Part shown: in pieces, positions 1-13,319 of the stretch
How the letters are laid out: every line of letters starts with the position of its first letter
How positions within the stretch are numbered: the first letter of the stretch is position 1
DNA from: Nautiliaceae bacterium
GTDB taxonomy: Bacteria > Campylobacterota > Campylobacteria > Campylobacterales > Nautiliaceae
Length of the DNA stretch: 48,646 nt
Assembly (NCBI GenBank): GCA_039831155.1
Contig: JBDONT010000010.1
Location: 1 to 48,646, forward strand
Direction: 5' to 3'
The notes under the pieces: model-generated
Told to the model about the DNA's origin: nothing
Databases searched by the model: none
The model's input: only the letters and a program-made list of their open reading frames with translations
Position numbers and translations under genes: made by a program

Positions 1-125
1 AACCCTTTAATCAAATCTAAAAGATATGAATTAAACCAAATGTTCGTTATGAAATTTGGACTTGGAGTTGACGAATGAAAATTTTTTGCTATAATATCTC
101 AGACACAAAATTTTGGGTATGTCTC
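1..125 (+). mobile_element. Right end of a probable IS256-family insertion sequence (transposase C-terminus 1..78, terminal inverted repeat 103..125)
   Basis: Frame +1 is open from the window edge to TGA at 76-78 (NPLIKSKRYELNQMFVMKFGLGVDE*). The reverse complement of 103-125 is GAGACATACCCAAAATTTTGTGT, resembling IS256-type GAG...TTTGTGT termini. The adjacent lipoprotein ORF runs into it and stops. Confidence 0.55.
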
Positions 126-317
126 TTCTGTTCCGTGAGCAGTTGTAAGTTTATCTACTTTTAAAAATCTCATAACAAGCTTGCCACCGCTATAAATATC
201 AACAACTCCATTAACTCCCGTTATATTTTGGATTGAGCGTCCAAATTTATTTTGTTGTTCTTGCGTACATCCTGTAAATAATAAAATTAATGTTACAAAA
301 ATAAAAAGTTTTTTCAT
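99..317 (-). pseudogene. Lipoprotein, probably 3'-truncated by the IS end
   Basis: Signal peptide II and lipobox (MKKLF...LLFTGC), AAGGA RBS. The last codons (ETYPKFCV*) are encoded by the putative IS terminus. Confidence 0.55.
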
Positions 318-380
318 TTTTTTCCTTTGTTTATGTTTAGTTTAACTTTAAATGGTTTAAGTATATCAAAAAGGAAAGAT

Positions 381-1052
381 ATGGTCTTATTGGAAGATGT
401 ACATAAGAGCTATAAAAGTGGAGAAGTTGAGGTAAAAGTATTGGAAGGGCTTAATCTTTATATTGAACCGGGAGAGTTTGTGGCTTTGATAGGTCCAAGC
501 GGTAGCGGTAAAACCACAATACTTAATATAATAGGGGCACTTGATAGGGCTGATAGCGGTAAAGTTGAGGTTGCTGGTGTTGACATTACCGATAAAACCG
601 AACAGGAACTGACAAAATTCAGAGCGGACCATTTAGGGTACGTTTTTCAGGATTTTAACTTGATAGAAGTGTTCAGTGTGTTTGAAAATGTTAATTTTCC
701 TCTTAAAGTCATTCATAAGAAAAGAGACGACGAAAAAGTGAAAAACCTCCTAAAAGATATAGGAATGAGCGACCAGATAAACAAATTCCCCGACCAGCTA
801 TCCGGCGGACAGAAACAAAGGGTTGCGGTGGCAAGGGCACTTGTAACCGACCCGCTTATAGTTTTAGCCGACGAGCCTACTGCAAACCTTGACAGTGTGA
901 CAAGTCATAAAGTGATTGAGCTTATGCGTAAAATGCAGCGTGAATTCAATACGACTTTTATATTTTCCACACACGATACGCATCTGATTGATGAGGTTGA
1001 CAGGGTGCTTTACTTGCAGGACGGAAAAATTATAAAAGACGAAAGGAAGTAA
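381..1052 (+). CDS. ABC transporter ATP-binding protein (LolD/MacB-like)
   Basis: Walker A GPSGSGKT, signature LSGGQ, ADEPT. The start is moved to ATG 381, which follows an AAGGA RBS. Confidence 0.93.
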   Translation: MVLLEDVHKSYKSGEVEVKVLEGLNLYIEPGEFVALIGPSGSGKTTILNIIGALDRADSGKVEVAGVDITDKTEQELTKFRADHLGYVFQDFNLIEVFSVFENVNFPLKVIHKKRDDEKVKNLLKDIGMSDQINKFPDQLSGGQKQRVAVARALVTDPLIVLADEPTANLDSVTSHKVIELMRKMQREFNTTFIFSTHDTHLIDEVDRVLYLQDGKIIKDERK

Positions 1053-1053
1053 A

Positions 1054-2262
1054 ATGGAAAGTTTTAAAATTGCGTTTCGTAACCTCATCAGGATGGGAAG
1101 AAGAACGTTTCTTACCGGGTCGCTTATAGCGATAGGCGTCGTATTTGTAGTGCTATACATTACATACGCAGAGAGTTTTAAAAATTCAATGATAGCACAG
1201 ATTACTGACAGCGTAATGGGCGAACTTCAAATTCACAAAAAGGGATACGTATCAAGCCTCGATGCATTACCTCTTGATAAAAACATGGGACCGAAAGTCG
1301 TTAAAAAAATAGAAAAGAAGCTAAATTCGATGCCCGAAGTGTATTCATACAGCGAAAGGTTGAAATTCGGAGGAATGATAAGCAACTATACCGATTCCAC
1401 GAATATAAGGCTTAACGGAATAGACCCTGAAATGGAAGCGAAAACTCTGCCTCTTCTTAAAGAGCGTTTAACCGGACATCTTCCTAGAGTTGGTGAAATC
1501 GTAATTCCCGAACTTATTTCAAAAGGGCTTCATCTTAAAATCGGAGACGTCGTGGTGCTTGTGGCTACGAACAAAAACGGAAGTATGAACGCAAAAACGC
1601 TGAAAATCAGTGGAATTGTAGGTATTGTTTCAGGTCCCGGAGGAAGAGACGGGTATATTAACCTAAAAGATGCCAGAAAACTTTTAAGAATTAAAAAGGC
1701 TGAAGTTAACGAAATAGTTATAAAACTTAAAAACCCGGATATGCTTCAAAAAGCAAACAAAGAACTTGTTAAATTTGTAAAAAGCGTGCAAAAACCTAAA
1801 CTTGAAGTGCATACGTGGGTAAAACTTTCGCCTTTTTCAAATATTGTTAAAATGCTTGATTTAATGACGTTCAGTATTGAAATTATTCTTATATCAATTG
1901 TGCTCGTATCTATTCTAAATGTAATGATTATGAGCGTATATGAGAGAATTAAACAGATAGGGACTATGAAAGCGATGGGTACTCCTAAAAGTTTTATAGT
2001 GTCTATGTTTGTAAACGAAGGTATGCTTTTAGGAGTTTTCGGATTTATTATAGGAGTTGTTTTAAGTGTTGTTTTAGTTTTTGTAATCGGAGATATTCAT
2101 TACAGCTTCGGAAGACAAAGCAATTTGGTGTTGGTCCCGGTAATCGACTGGGGGAGTGTCGTGAGTGTCGGAATTATGGTTATGATTATTTCAATACTCG
2201 CAAGTCTTTATCCTGCCGTTAAGGCGGCGAGTCTTAAACCTATTGACGCTTTAAGAAGTTAA
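1054..2262 (+). CDS. ABC transporter permease (FtsX/LolE-like)
   Basis: N-terminal AFRNLIR..RRT TM segment, large periplasmic loop, SVYERIKQIGTMKAMG motif, C-terminal TMs ending YPA..AASLKPIDALR. Confidence 0.92.
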   Translation: MESFKIAFRNLIRMGRRTFLTGSLIAIGVVFVVLYITYAESFKNSMIAQITDSVMGELQIHKKGYVSSLDALPLDKNMGPKVVKKIEKKLNSMPEVYSYSERLKFGGMISNYTDSTNIRLNGIDPEMEAKTLPLLKERLTGHLPRVGEIVIPELISKGLHLKIGDVVVLVATNKNGSMNAKTLKISGIVGIVSGPGGRDGYINLKDARKLLRIKKAEVNEIVIKLKNPDMLQKANKELVKFVKSVQKPKLEVHTWVKLSPFSNIVKMLDLMTFSIEIILISIVLVSILNVMIMSVYERIKQIGTMKAMGTPKSFIVSMFVNEGMLLGVFGFIIGVVLSVVLVFVIGDIHYSFGRQSNLVLVPVIDWGSVVSVGIMVMIISILASLYPAVKAASLKPIDALRS

Positions 2263-2291
2263 AAATGAAAATTAAAAATTAAGGATGGAAG

Positions 2292-2990
2292 ATGAAAAAA
2301 CTATTGTTAGCGGTATTAATTCCCGTGTTTTTATTGGCGGGAAACATACTTGAAGAAATTGACAAAAACTTAAATCCTACGAGTTTTGAGGCGTATAAAA
2401 AACTTATAAACATCGAACCCGACGGCAGCAAGAAAGAGTTTTTAATGTGGATGATTAAGAAAAACAAGGACAAAATCGCAACTCTCTTTTTAAAACCTGC
2501 AACCGACAACGGAAGGGTGATGTTAAGGCTGGGGGATAATATGTGGCTTTATATTCCGGGAATTGCGAAACCTTTAAGAATAGCCTCCGCTCAAAGCGTA
2601 ACGGGGGGAGTGTTTAACAACAGCGATATAATGAGGGTTGATTATGCCGTTGAATATAAAGTGAAAAAACAAGAAGGGGATTTGCTTTATCTTAAAGCCA
2701 GAAACGAAGACGTGGCGTATGAAAAAATTATTATGAAAATAGATTTAAAAAGAAAACTTCCTCTTAAACTTGACTGTTACGCCGGAGGGATTTTAATTAA
2801 AACGATTGAATACGGGAAAATCACCGATTTCGGAAACGGAATAGTAAGACCGGCTGTAATGATGACGACATCGCCGCTTCAAAAGGGATATAAAAGTATT
2901 ATGGTTTGGGCGAAAATTAAACCGAGAAAGCTTAAAGACGAATATTTTACGCTTGAATTTATGCCGCATCTTAATGAAATAAGAAAATAA
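2292..2990 (+). CDS. Outer-membrane lipoprotein-sorting (LolA-like) protein
   Basis: Signal peptide and DNMWLYIP...LRI...GGVFNNSD motif. This is the usual partner of this type of ABC cluster. Confidence 0.8.
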   Translation: MKKLLLAVLIPVFLLAGNILEEIDKNLNPTSFEAYKKLINIEPDGSKKEFLMWMIKKNKDKIATLFLKPATDNGRVMLRLGDNMWLYIPGIAKPLRIASAQSVTGGVFNNSDIMRVDYAVEYKVKKQEGDLLYLKARNEDVAYEKIIMKIDLKRKLPLKLDCYAGGILIKTIEYGKITDFGNGIVRPAVMMTTSPLQKGYKSIMVWAKIKPRKLKDEYFTLEFMPHLNEIRK

Positions 2991-3001
2991 ACGGAAAGGA
3001 A

Positions 3002-4033
3002 ATGAGCGTGCAAAAAACAATTGTTTCGTTTTTTTTAATCAGCTTCATTTTTATGTCTCCTTCAAATGCGGGGGAGTTGGATAACATTGACATATCACTT
3101 GATTTGGGTGACGTTGACAAACCTTACAGTTACAAGGGGTATTTCAAGCTGGAATTTTATTACATTGACGATAAGGAAAAATATACGATAATTAAAGGCG
3201 AGCTGAATTTTGAGGGTGATTACAAAAAGGATAAGTGGTATTTTAAAGGAAACTGGAGCGGATATTACACGCACGACAAATACGACACTTCAAAATACGG
3301 CATAGTTAATGAACTGTATGTAAAATACGGAGACGTAAACAAAAATATAACTGTCGGTAAAGAACTTTTAAAATGGGGAAAAGGGTATGCGTATTCAGCG
3401 GTTAGTTTCTTTACTCGTGCGAAAAACCCTCTATATCCCGAAGATTTGAAACAGGGGTATGAATTAGTGCATTTTAAAACGATAGATACGCTGAATTTGA
3501 CGATAAAAAACTATTCGCTGGATTTCATATATATGCCTTCAAACAATTCAATAAACTCAGACTTGCAAAAATCCCAAAACTGGGGAGCTAAACTCTATAT
3601 GCTTTACGAAAACACCGATATAGATTTTATGTTTGAAAAAAGCAACTTCTATCCCGACAAATACGGGGCGGATTTTTCGTTTAACATTTTAACCGAACTT
3701 GAAGTGCACGGGGAGTATGCGTTTGACGAAGATGGAAAAAATTCTTATCTTTTGGGGTGTAAATACGCAAGCAAGTATGATTTTACCCTCACGGGCGAAT
3801 GGTACAAAGACTGGAATGAAAATAAATTTATTTACGCCAAAATATCTCAAAAAGATTTTTATATCGATTATCTGACGGCTTATGTTACGGGTATTAGAAA
3901 TTATACGCAAAATGTAAATTCACTGCTTTTAGGACTCAGTTACGATTTCAAAAACAATTTCGTGCTTACTTCCGAATATCTGACATCTACAAAACAAAAT
4001 CAGGCAAAACTCTCACTTATTTATTACTTCTGA
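3002..4033 (+). CDS. Putative outer-membrane beta-barrel protein
   Basis: Signal peptide, aromatic-rich alternating pattern, NELYV / VGKELLKWG, terminal aromatic YYF. Confidence 0.7.
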   Translation: MSVQKTIVSFFLISFIFMSPSNAGELDNIDISLDLGDVDKPYSYKGYFKLEFYYIDDKEKYTIIKGELNFEGDYKKDKWYFKGNWSGYYTHDKYDTSKYGIVNELYVKYGDVNKNITVGKELLKWGKGYAYSAVSFFTRAKNPLYPEDLKQGYELVHFKTIDTLNLTIKNYSLDFIYMPSNNSINSDLQKSQNWGAKLYMLYENTDIDFMFEKSNFYPDKYGADFSFNILTELEVHGEYAFDEDGKNSYLLGCKYASKYDFTLTGEWYKDWNENKFIYAKISQKDFYIDYLTAYVTGIRNYTQNVNSLLLGLSYDFKNNFVLTSEYLTSTKQNQAKLSLIYYF

Positions 4034-6037
<2,004 letters not shown>

Positions 6038-6086
6038 TTTTTAAATGTTATAAAATTTTGTTATAATAAATAAAAAAAGGCTTTAA

Positions 6087-6295
6087 ATACAAGCTGTATT
6101 TGATATGCGAGTAGAAGAGTTTGATGATAAGTTTTTTGAAATGTTAAAAACTAAATTTAAAAACGCTAAAATCAAAATTATTATTAAAGAAGATGAAACC
6201 GAGTATCTATTAAAAAATAAAGCGAATAGAGAATTTTTAATGAAATCTATAGCTGGACTTAAAAAAATGAAATTGTGAAGTTAAAAGATATTTGA
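6087..6295 (+). pseudogene. YefM-like antitoxin, degenerate
   Basis: Manual translation: (I)QAVFDMRVEEFDDKFFEMLKTKFKNAKIKIIIKEDETEYLLKNKANREFLMKSI, with a DETEYLL..ANR motif. ATA sits at the expected start. A probable frameshift lies in the A run at 6261-6267, and the alternative frame ends at TGA 6293-6295 overlapping the toxin ATG. Confidence 0.75.
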
Positions 6296-6546
6296 TGATA
6301 GTTTTTACCAAATCGTGTTTTGAAGATTATTTTTAGTGGGAACAGAATGATAAAGGAATCTTTAAAAAGATAAACGCTTTGATTAAAGAATGTCTTAGAA
6401 ATCCTTTTTCGGGACGTGGGAAACCCGAACCTTTAAAAAACGAGCTTTCAGGATTTTGGTCAAGGCGTATAGATAGTGAACATAGATTGGTTTATAAATA
6501 CGAAAATGAAAAATTATATATAATTTCTGTGAGATACTATGTATAA
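6295..6546 (+). pseudogene. yoeB: Txe/YoeB-family toxin with premature stop
   Basis: MIVFTKSCFEDYF*WEQNDK...PFSGRGKPEPLKNELSGFWSRRIDSEHRLVY...RYYV. In-frame TAG at 6334-6336. Confidence 0.92.
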
Positions 6547-6558
6547 AAAAGGATAAAA

Positions 6559-6852
6559 ATGCCGACTAAAACGGTTGTGGAAAATGATGTAGAGATAATA
6601 ATGCCTAAACTTTATAAAGTGATGCTTTTGAATGATGATTATACGACGTTTGATTTCGTAATAGAGATTTTAAAAAAAGTTTTTCATAAAAGCGAGGAGG
6701 AGGCTATTAATCTCACTTTAAAAGTGGATAGAGAAGGGAGTGCGATTGTCGGGGTTTACCCTTACGAAATAGCTCAAATGAAAGTGGAAAGAACCCACGC
6801 ACTTGCACGTGAAGCCGGATATCCATTAAGAGCAGTATTAGAGGAGGAATAA
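6559..6852 (+). CDS. clpS: ATP-dependent Clp protease adaptor
   Basis: YKVMLLNDDYTTFDFV motif, directly upstream of clpA. Confidence 0.96.
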   Translation: MPTKTVVENDVEIIMPKLYKVMLLNDDYTTFDFVIEILKKVFHKSEEEAINLTLKVDREGSAIVGVYPYEIAQMKVERTHALAREAGYPLRAVLEEE

Positions 6853-9015
6853 GTGGAGATAACTAGGAATTTAAGGAATATTTTAAACGAAATTGTAAAT
6901 GAAGCGAAAAGAAGACAAAACGAATATATTACCGTCGACCACGCTTTTTATGTGTTGTTAAAAGATGAAAATATTAAAAAAATTTTAGAAGATGTCGGGG
7001 TTGATGTGGATTATATAAGAATGGGGCTTGATTATTATCTTGACAGATATATAGAAAAAGTGCCCGTTAAAGTAACTCCGACAGAAACTCTTGCTTTTCA
7101 TAAAGCAACGGAGAGAATGATAAACCATATTCAAGGAATTCGTAAAAACGTAGCAGATGAGATAGACTTTTTTATAGCTCTTTTAGAAGATGAGACGAGT
7201 TATACTCATCAGCTTTTAAGAGAGTTTGGAATTCACAGGGTAGAAATAGTTGAGTATATTACGGAAAGTGAAGTTGAAACGAAAGAGAATAAAAAAGAGT
7301 CTCCTTTAAAAGAATTTACAACCGAGCTTACCTCTATTGCAAAAAAATTTGACGACGTAATAGGCAGGGAAAAAGAGATAGAAAGAGTTATGCATGTTCT
7401 TGCAAGACGTAAAAAAAACAATCCTATCTTAGTAGGAGAACCGGGAGTTGGGAAAACGGCTATTGTTGAAGGACTTGCGAAAAAAATAGCTTTAAATGAA
7501 GTTCCAAAAGCCTTAAAAAACAAAAAAATATACTCTTTGGATTTGGGAGCTTTAATAGCCGGTACAAAATACAGAGGCGAATTTGAAAAAAGAATGAAAC
7601 TTATTTTGGATGAACTTAAAAAAGAAAAAGAGCCTATTTTGTTTATTGATGAAATTCATATGATTGTAGGAGCCGGGGTTGCCGGGAATGGGAGTATGGA
7701 TGTGGCGAATCTGCTAAAACCAGCACTTGCCAGGGGTGAGATTAGATGTATAGGTGCTACGACTTATGAAGAGTATAAAAACCATTTTGAAAAAGATAGA
7801 GCCTTAAACAGAAGATTTCAAAAAATAGATATAAAAGAACCAAGCATTGAAGATACTGTTAAGATTTTAAAAGGATTAAAATCTAAATACGAAGAGTTTC
7901 ACGGTGTGAGATATTCCGAAGAGGCTATTAAAAATGCGGCTGTTTTGGCTAAAAAGTATCTTAGAGAGAAATTTTTACCCGATAGTGCGATTGATTTGAT
8001 AGATGAAGCCGGAGCTAAATTTAAACTAAAAGGTAAAAAGCTGATAACAAAAAGCGATATAGAAGGAGTTGTTGCAAAACTTGCGAATATTCCTAAAGAA
8101 AGCACTTCGAATAACGAAATAGAAAAATTAAGACATCTTGAAAATAATTTAAAAGCTAGGGTTTTTGGACAGGATGAAGCTATAAAAGAGCTTGTAAAAG
8201 TGATAAAAAGAAAAAAAGCAGGACTAACTCGTGAAGATAAGCCTATAGGAAGTTTTCTTTTTGTAGGACCTACGGGTGTGGGTAAAACTGAAATTGCAAA
8301 ACAGCTTGCAGATATATTGGGGATTAACTTTTTAAGATTCGATATGAGCGAATATCAGGAAAAACATTCTGTCGCAAAACTTATAGGCTCGCCTCCCGGG
8401 TATATAGGATATGAAAAAGGAGGGCTTTTAACGGAAGCCATAAGAAAAAATCCTCATACCGTGCTTTTACTTGATGAAATAGAAAAAGCACATCCGGATA
8501 TCGTTCAAATTTTACTTCAGGTTATGGATAATGCGACGTTGACCGATAATGACGGAAGAATAGCTGATTTTAGAAATGTAGTATTGATTATGACAAGTAA
8601 TTTAGGAGTAGGAGAAGGTAATAATCCGGGATTTTTGCAAGAATTTAGCGAATTTAAAGAAGAGGCGATTGATAGGTTTTTCGCACCGGAATTTTTAAAT
8701 AGGCTTGATGCGATTGTGAGGTTTAAACCTTTAAGTCGCGAGAGTGTAATGCTTGTAGTTGATAAGTTTATAAACGAATTGCAGGATAAGTTGAATTCAA
8801 AAAAAGTTAAATTAACGCTAACTAAAAGAGCGAAAGAGGCTTTGGCTAAAAAAGGGTATTCTCCAAAACTAGGAGCCCGTCCACTTGCTAGAGTGATCGA
8901 AGAGAATATTGTTGAGCCTTTGAGTGATGAAATACTTTTTGGGGATTTGAAAGGGGGAGGAGAAGTGAGAGTCGATTATGTAAAAGATAAATTCAATCTA
9001 AAAGTAAAAAAATGA
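6853..9015 (+). CDS. clpA: Clp protease ATP-binding subunit ClpA
   Basis: Two AAA+ modules (GEPGVGKT, GPTGVGKT), no ClpB middle coiled coil, clpS-clpA-aat context. Confidence 0.93.
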   Translation: MEITRNLRNILNEIVNEAKRRQNEYITVDHAFYVLLKDENIKKILEDVGVDVDYIRMGLDYYLDRYIEKVPVKVTPTETLAFHKATERMINHIQGIRKNVADEIDFFIALLEDETSYTHQLLREFGIHRVEIVEYITESEVETKENKKESPLKEFTTELTSIAKKFDDVIGREKEIERVMHVLARRKKNNPILVGEPGVGKTAIVEGLAKKIALNEVPKALKNKKIYSLDLGALIAGTKYRGEFEKRMKLILDELKKEKEPILFIDEIHMIVGAGVAGNGSMDVANLLKPALARGEIRCIGATTYEEYKNHFEKDRALNRRFQKIDIKEPSIEDTVKILKGLKSKYEEFHGVRYSEEAIKNAAVLAKKYLREKFLPDSAIDLIDEAGAKFKLKGKKLITKSDIEGVVAKLANIPKESTSNNEIEKLRHLENNLKARVFGQDEAIKELVKVIKRKKAGLTREDKPIGSFLFVGPTGVGKTEIAKQLADILGINFLRFDMSEYQEKHSVAKLIGSPPGYIGYEKGGLLTEAIRKNPHTVLLLDEIEKAHPDIVQILLQVMDNATLTDNDGRIADFRNVVLIMTSNLGVGEGNNPGFLQEFSEFKEEAIDRFFAPEFLNRLDAIVRFKPLSRESVMLVVDKFINELQDKLNSKKVKLTLTKRAKEALAKKGYSPKLGARPLARVIEENIVEPLSDEILFGDLKGGGEVRVDYVKDKFNLKVKK

Positions 9016-9719
9016 TAAAAGTAAACGAAAATCCACCTTTGTATCTTTTGGACGATTTTACTTTTCCAAACCCTTTTGAGAGATTTGAAGACGGATTTGT
9101 AGGGGCTAGTTACGATTTGCATCCTAAAAGGCTTCTTGCCGGATATTCGCAGGGTTTTTTCCCCTGGTATCAGGATGACGAGGGGCTTTTTCACTGGTTT
9201 GTATTGGATGAGAGAATGCTTTTAAAAACGGATGAGGTTAAAAAAACGAAAAAACTTCTTCAAAAACTAAGAAGTCCTAAGTGGGACTTTAGAATAAATA
9301 CAAGATTTAAAGACGTAATAAGACATTGTGCCAATGTTAAAAGAAAACACGAAGACGGAACATGGATTAACGACGCTTTTATAGACGCTTATACGAAACT
9401 TTATGAGCTTGGGTTTGTAATTTCGGTTGAGAGTTATTATGAAGGGGAGTTGGTAGGTGGATTTTATGGGGTTGCGATAAATAAATATTTCAGTGGTGAG
9501 AGTATGTTTCATTTAAAGTCCGATGCCAGTAAACTTGCACTTATTTATTTTTGTGATGTTTTAAAACAGCACGGAGTTGAGTTTATAGACTGTCAGGTAC
9601 CTAGTGAGCATTTGGGTTCTATGGGTGGGAAAGTGTATAAAAAAGAGGAGTTTATTCCGATGATTTGGAAAGCAAGTGGATTTAACGAAAACGGAGATAT
9701 GAGGGATTTGGGTGAATAG
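9012..9719 (+). CDS. aat: Leucyl/phenylalanyl-tRNA--protein transferase
   Basis: [35 protein letters not shown] motifs. Confidence 0.95.
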   Translation: MIKVNENPPLYLLDDFTFPNPFERFEDGFVGASYDLHPKRLLAGYSQGFFPWYQDDEGLFHWFVLDERMLLKTDEVKKTKKLLQKLRSPKWDFRINTRFKDVIRHCANVKRKHEDGTWINDAFIDAYTKLYELGFVISVESYYEGELVGGFYGVAINKYFSGESMFHLKSDASKLALIYFCDVLKQHGVEFIDCQVPSEHLGSMGGKVYKKEEFIPMIWKASGFNENGDMRDLGE

Positions 9720-11589
9720 ACTAAAAAACAGCGATTCTCCTTATCTTTTGGCTAACGCTACAAATCCGGTTGCTTGGTATCCTTGGTGTGAAGAAGCGTT
9801 TGAGAAGGCAAAAAAGGAAAATAAACTTATATTTCTTTCGATAGGATATTCAACTTGCCACTGGTGTCACGTAATGGAAAAAGAGAGTTTTAAAAATAAA
9901 GAGATAGCCGAAATTTTAAATAGATATTTCGTAAGCATCAAAGTAGATAAAGAAGAGTATCCGGATATAGATAAAAAGTATCAAAAAATTTATCATATAA
10001 TGCATAATCGTCCGGGAGGGTGGCCTCTTACTGTGATAATGACTCCTCAAGGGGATGTTTTTTACTCTGCAATCTATATTCCTCCCCATTTTTCGCAGTT
10101 TGGTTCCGGGTTAAAAGAGATTCTTTTGGATATTGTAAACGATTGGCAGATAGAACCTTCTAAAATATTAAAAATAGCTCAAAATCTGAAACGTTATTTG
10201 GTTTCAAAGCCTTCAAAAAAAGTTGAAATTTCAAAAGATGTAGAAAATGATATAAAAAGTTTCGTAAAAAATTTGGATTTTAAATACGGAGGGATAAAGG
10301 GAACTCCTAAGTTCCCTATGGAGAGTATGCTTAATTTATTAATTGATGTTTATCAGTTGAGTGAAGATGAAGAGATTTTGGAGTTTTTAAACGTGACTTT
10401 TTTAAATATGGCAAAAGGTGGGATTTTTGACCAGGTAGAGGGAGGGTTTTTTAGGTATTCGACCGATTCAAAATGGGAAATTCCACACTTTGAAAAGATG
10501 CTTTATAATAACGCTAATTTACCTTTTGAATTTTTAAGAATGTATGAAGTTACTCAAAATTTGTTTTATAAGGATGTGGCTTTTAGAAGTTTGGATGAGA
10601 TGTTAAAAAAATATAGAGACAATAATTTTCTTTTTTTCAGTGCTAGTGATGCCGATATCGACTCAAAAGAGGGGGCTTATTTTGTTTATGATTATGAAGA
10701 GGCGATTGAGGCGTTTGAAGAGTTTGATAATAAAGACGAGCTTTTGGAGTTTTTCGGCGTTAAGAAGTACGGTAATTTTAACGGAAAAAATCATTTAACT
10801 ATAAAAAGCGATAAATTTCCTAAAAATTATAAAAAAGCTTTGGAAAAATTACAAGAGATTAGAGAAAAAAGAAATTTCCCTTTTATAGACACTAAAAAAA
10901 TAGTCTCTTGGAATTCTATGATAATTAGCACTCTTTTTAAAGCCGGATGTTTTAAAAAGGAGTATAAACAAGAAGCTCTAAAGAGTTTAAACACTTTACT
11001 TGAAATTATGTACGATGATACTTTGTATCACTCTTATAATAAAGATTTAAGCAAAAAAACTCCTTCTTTATTGGAAGATTACGCTTATTTGATAAGGGCT
11101 TTGATAGATGCTTACGAAACTACTTTTGAAAAGGATTATTTACAAAAGGCTAAGTTGTTTTTAAAAGAGGTTGAGAAGTTTTATAAAAAGAAGTGGTATA
11201 TGAATAAAACCTTTACGGTTGAAGCCGATTTTAGCGACAGTGCCTATGCGTCTTCTTTGAGTGTTTTGGCTGCTGATTATTTAAGAATAGGTACTATTTT
11301 ATATGATTTGGATTTATATTCAAAAGGAGAGGAGATAGTTAAAGAAGGAAGCTTTTATATTCAAAATTACGCTCCTTATTATCCGAGTCTCACTAAGGCT
11401 TATTTAATGCAAAAATACGGGGTTTTTGTAGTGAATATGCCAAAAATTGAGTGTTTGGGGTTTTATCCTTATTTGGAGAGAAAAGAGTCTGATGAGTATG
11501 AATTATGTTCCGTTAGAGGATGTTTTTGTAGGGGGAGTTTGAAAGATGTAAAAAAAACTATAAAAACCATAAAAGAACTAAACTTATAA
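9712..11589 (+). CDS. Thioredoxin-domain protein YyaL/DUF255 family
   Basis: MNRL...[39 protein letters not shown] motifs. Confidence 0.93.
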   Translation: MNRLKNSDSPYLLANATNPVAWYPWCEEAFEKAKKENKLIFLSIGYSTCHWCHVMEKESFKNKEIAEILNRYFVSIKVDKEEYPDIDKKYQKIYHIMHNRPGGWPLTVIMTPQGDVFYSAIYIPPHFSQFGSGLKEILLDIVNDWQIEPSKILKIAQNLKRYLVSKPSKKVEISKDVENDIKSFVKNLDFKYGGIKGTPKFPMESMLNLLIDVYQLSEDEEILEFLNVTFLNMAKGGIFDQVEGGFFRYSTDSKWEIPHFEKMLYNNANLPFEFLRMYEVTQNLFYKDVAFRSLDEMLKKYRDNNFLFFSASDADIDSKEGAYFVYDYEEAIEAFEEFDNKDELLEFFGVKKYGNFNGKNHLTIKSDKFPKNYKKALEKLQEIREKRNFPFIDTKKIVSWNSMIISTLFKAGCFKKEYKQEALKSLNTLLEIMYDDTLYHSYNKDLSKKTPSLLEDYAYLIRALIDAYETTFEKDYLQKAKLFLKEVEKFYKKKWYMNKTFTVEADFSDSAYASSLSVLAADYLRIGTILYDLDLYSKGEEIVKEGSFYIQNYAPYYPSLTKAYLMQKYGVFVVNMPKIECLGFYPYLERKESDEYELCSVRGCFCRGSLKDVKKTIKTIKELNL

Positions 11590-12633
11590 CATACGAAAAA
11601 AGAAAATAGGAGATTGAATATTTGTGAAATTCTAAAACGGAGTTTTTTGCGAATCTTATGGCTATGATATTTGCTAAAGAAGCTATAAAAAAGTCGTTTG
11701 CGGCTATATTTACCCCGTAGGCTACAGGTAGATAATCGTGTGTAAATTTGGTTATAAAAATTGCAGCCGGGACGTTGGAGAAGAGTTAAGATAAAAAGAC
11801 GCTTAAATTAAAGATGTTTAAATAGTTATAAGAAAAGCCTTTCATGAAATTTTGGAATGTTTCTAAACGGCTTAACAAATTAAAATCTATAAACATTAAA
11901 GCAAAAGTTAAAATTAAAAAATAATCAAACTCCTTAAAAACCCTTTGGCAGATAAAAAAATAAACACTTATAGTGTATCTTAAAATCGAAAATTCAAGAG
12001 AAACTATAAAAATAAAAAACATAACCAAAGAGATAAAGAAGAGTTTTTTATCGAAATTTTCTTTTTTTACGGGGTTTAAAAAAATCTGCTTTTTAGGAAA
12101 CAAAGCATAACTATACGTCACTAATAATAGAAAAAAAGGTAAAAAAACAATTCCCATTCCCATTTTTGAAATAAAATCAATTACGCTTATATCTATTTGT
12201 CTAAAAAGATAGATGTTTTGAGGATTTCCACAGAGTGTAAGCATACTTCCTACATTTACTGCCATAGCTTCAAAAACTATAAGTTTTGTTAAGTTGTTTT
12301 TTTATTTGGGATGATATGCTTAAGGTAAGTGGTACTATTATAAAAAGAGTTATGTCGTTTGTTAAAAACATTGACAAAAATGTACTTATAATAACTAAAA
12401 TAAGTGCTAGATTCCTTTCATCGGATAATTTTTTTGCTATTTGAGTTGAAAAATATTCAAACATTCCGGATATTTTAATGGCAGTGGTTATGAAAAGTAA
12501 AGCTGTAAGTGCTCTTATGGTTTTAAAGTCTATCGCAAAATAGAGGTCTTTAAAAGAGGGCTTTAGTTTAAAGCTTAAAATAAAAAAAGAGATAAAAAGC
12601 TAAAAAAAGCCACTCTTTTTTTAGAAGTTTCAT
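11558..12633 (-). pseudogene. Anion permease (ArsB/NhaD/SLC13, YbiR-like), fragmented
   Basis: Collinear pieces in different frames: MKLLKKEWLF, IDFKTIRAL, SMFLTNDITLFIIVPLT, AVNVGSMLTLCGNPQN, and SNVPAAI...SLANIIA beyond an internal stop. The start overlaps the luxS stop. The 3' end is approximate. Confidence 0.85.
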
Positions 12634-13163
12634 TTACCTAAAATTTTTACTTTCGAAGTGTCGATATTGCATTCGTTCGGGATTTTTTTAAGGTTTAAAG
12701 CAAGTTTGTCGTTATCCATAATTACAATTTCATTATTTAAAATGTGCTTTGCCACTTTTTTCGCACCTTCAAGAGAGTGCATATAGCAGCTTCCACACTG
12801 GTATACGTTGGCTTCCGGGATGGTGTCTGTATTTAGGATGTTTTCCATAGATTTTTTCCAAGTTTCGATTATTTCCTCATCTTTTGGTTCTCCTATTACG
12901 CTCATATAAAATCCCGTTCTGCACCCCATAGGAGAGATGTCTATTATTTCGTAATTAGGCAGATTGTCTCTCATAAATCCGGCAAAAAGATGTTCAAGAG
13001 TATGCATTGCCTTTTCGTCTATTATTTCAACGTTCGGTTTTGCGAATCTTACGTCATATACGGTAATTATATCCCCTTTTGGAGTTTTTACCTTTTTTGC
13101 TACTCTAAGGGCCGGAGATGGCATTTTTATATGGTCCACTAAAAAACTGTCAAGCATTGGCAT
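12630..13163 (-). CDS. luxS: S-ribosylhomocysteine lyase
   Basis: MPMLDSFLVDH, HTLEHLFAG, ISPMGCRTGFY motifs. Confidence 0.98.
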   Translation of the reverse strand: MPMLDSFLVDHIKMPSPALRVAKKVKTPKGDIITVYDVRFAKPNVEIIDEKAMHTLEHLFAGFMRDNLPNYEIIDISPMGCRTGFYMSVIGEPKDEEIIETWKKSMENILNTDTIPEANVYQCGSCYMHSLEGAKKVAKHILNNEIVIMDNDKLALNLKKIPNECNIDTSKVKILGK

Positions 13164-13219
13164 ATTAATCCTTTTTTATTTGCAATTATACACCATTTTT
13201 GATAAAATTCCGTTTCTAG

Positions 13220-13290
13220 TTCTCACCTCTTTATTCCTTGGTAGGGTTGCACCAAAAGGTGTTAAAGAAGAGGGAGGCTAAACCCGAACC
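13220..13290 (+). promoter_or_regulatory. rpsB leader (S2 autoregulatory RNA, t44-like)
   Basis: GC-richer 5' UTR with GGGTT pairing potential to AACCC and a GGGAGGCTAAACCC motif like known rpsB leaders. Confidence 0.6.
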
Positions 13291-13319
13291 AAAAAAAACA
13301 AATAATTCAAGGAGAAATA

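Noticed and set aside
6334..6336. Stop-codon recoding in yoeB
   Set aside because: The stop is TAG, not the Sec codon TGA, and other lesions indicate decay.
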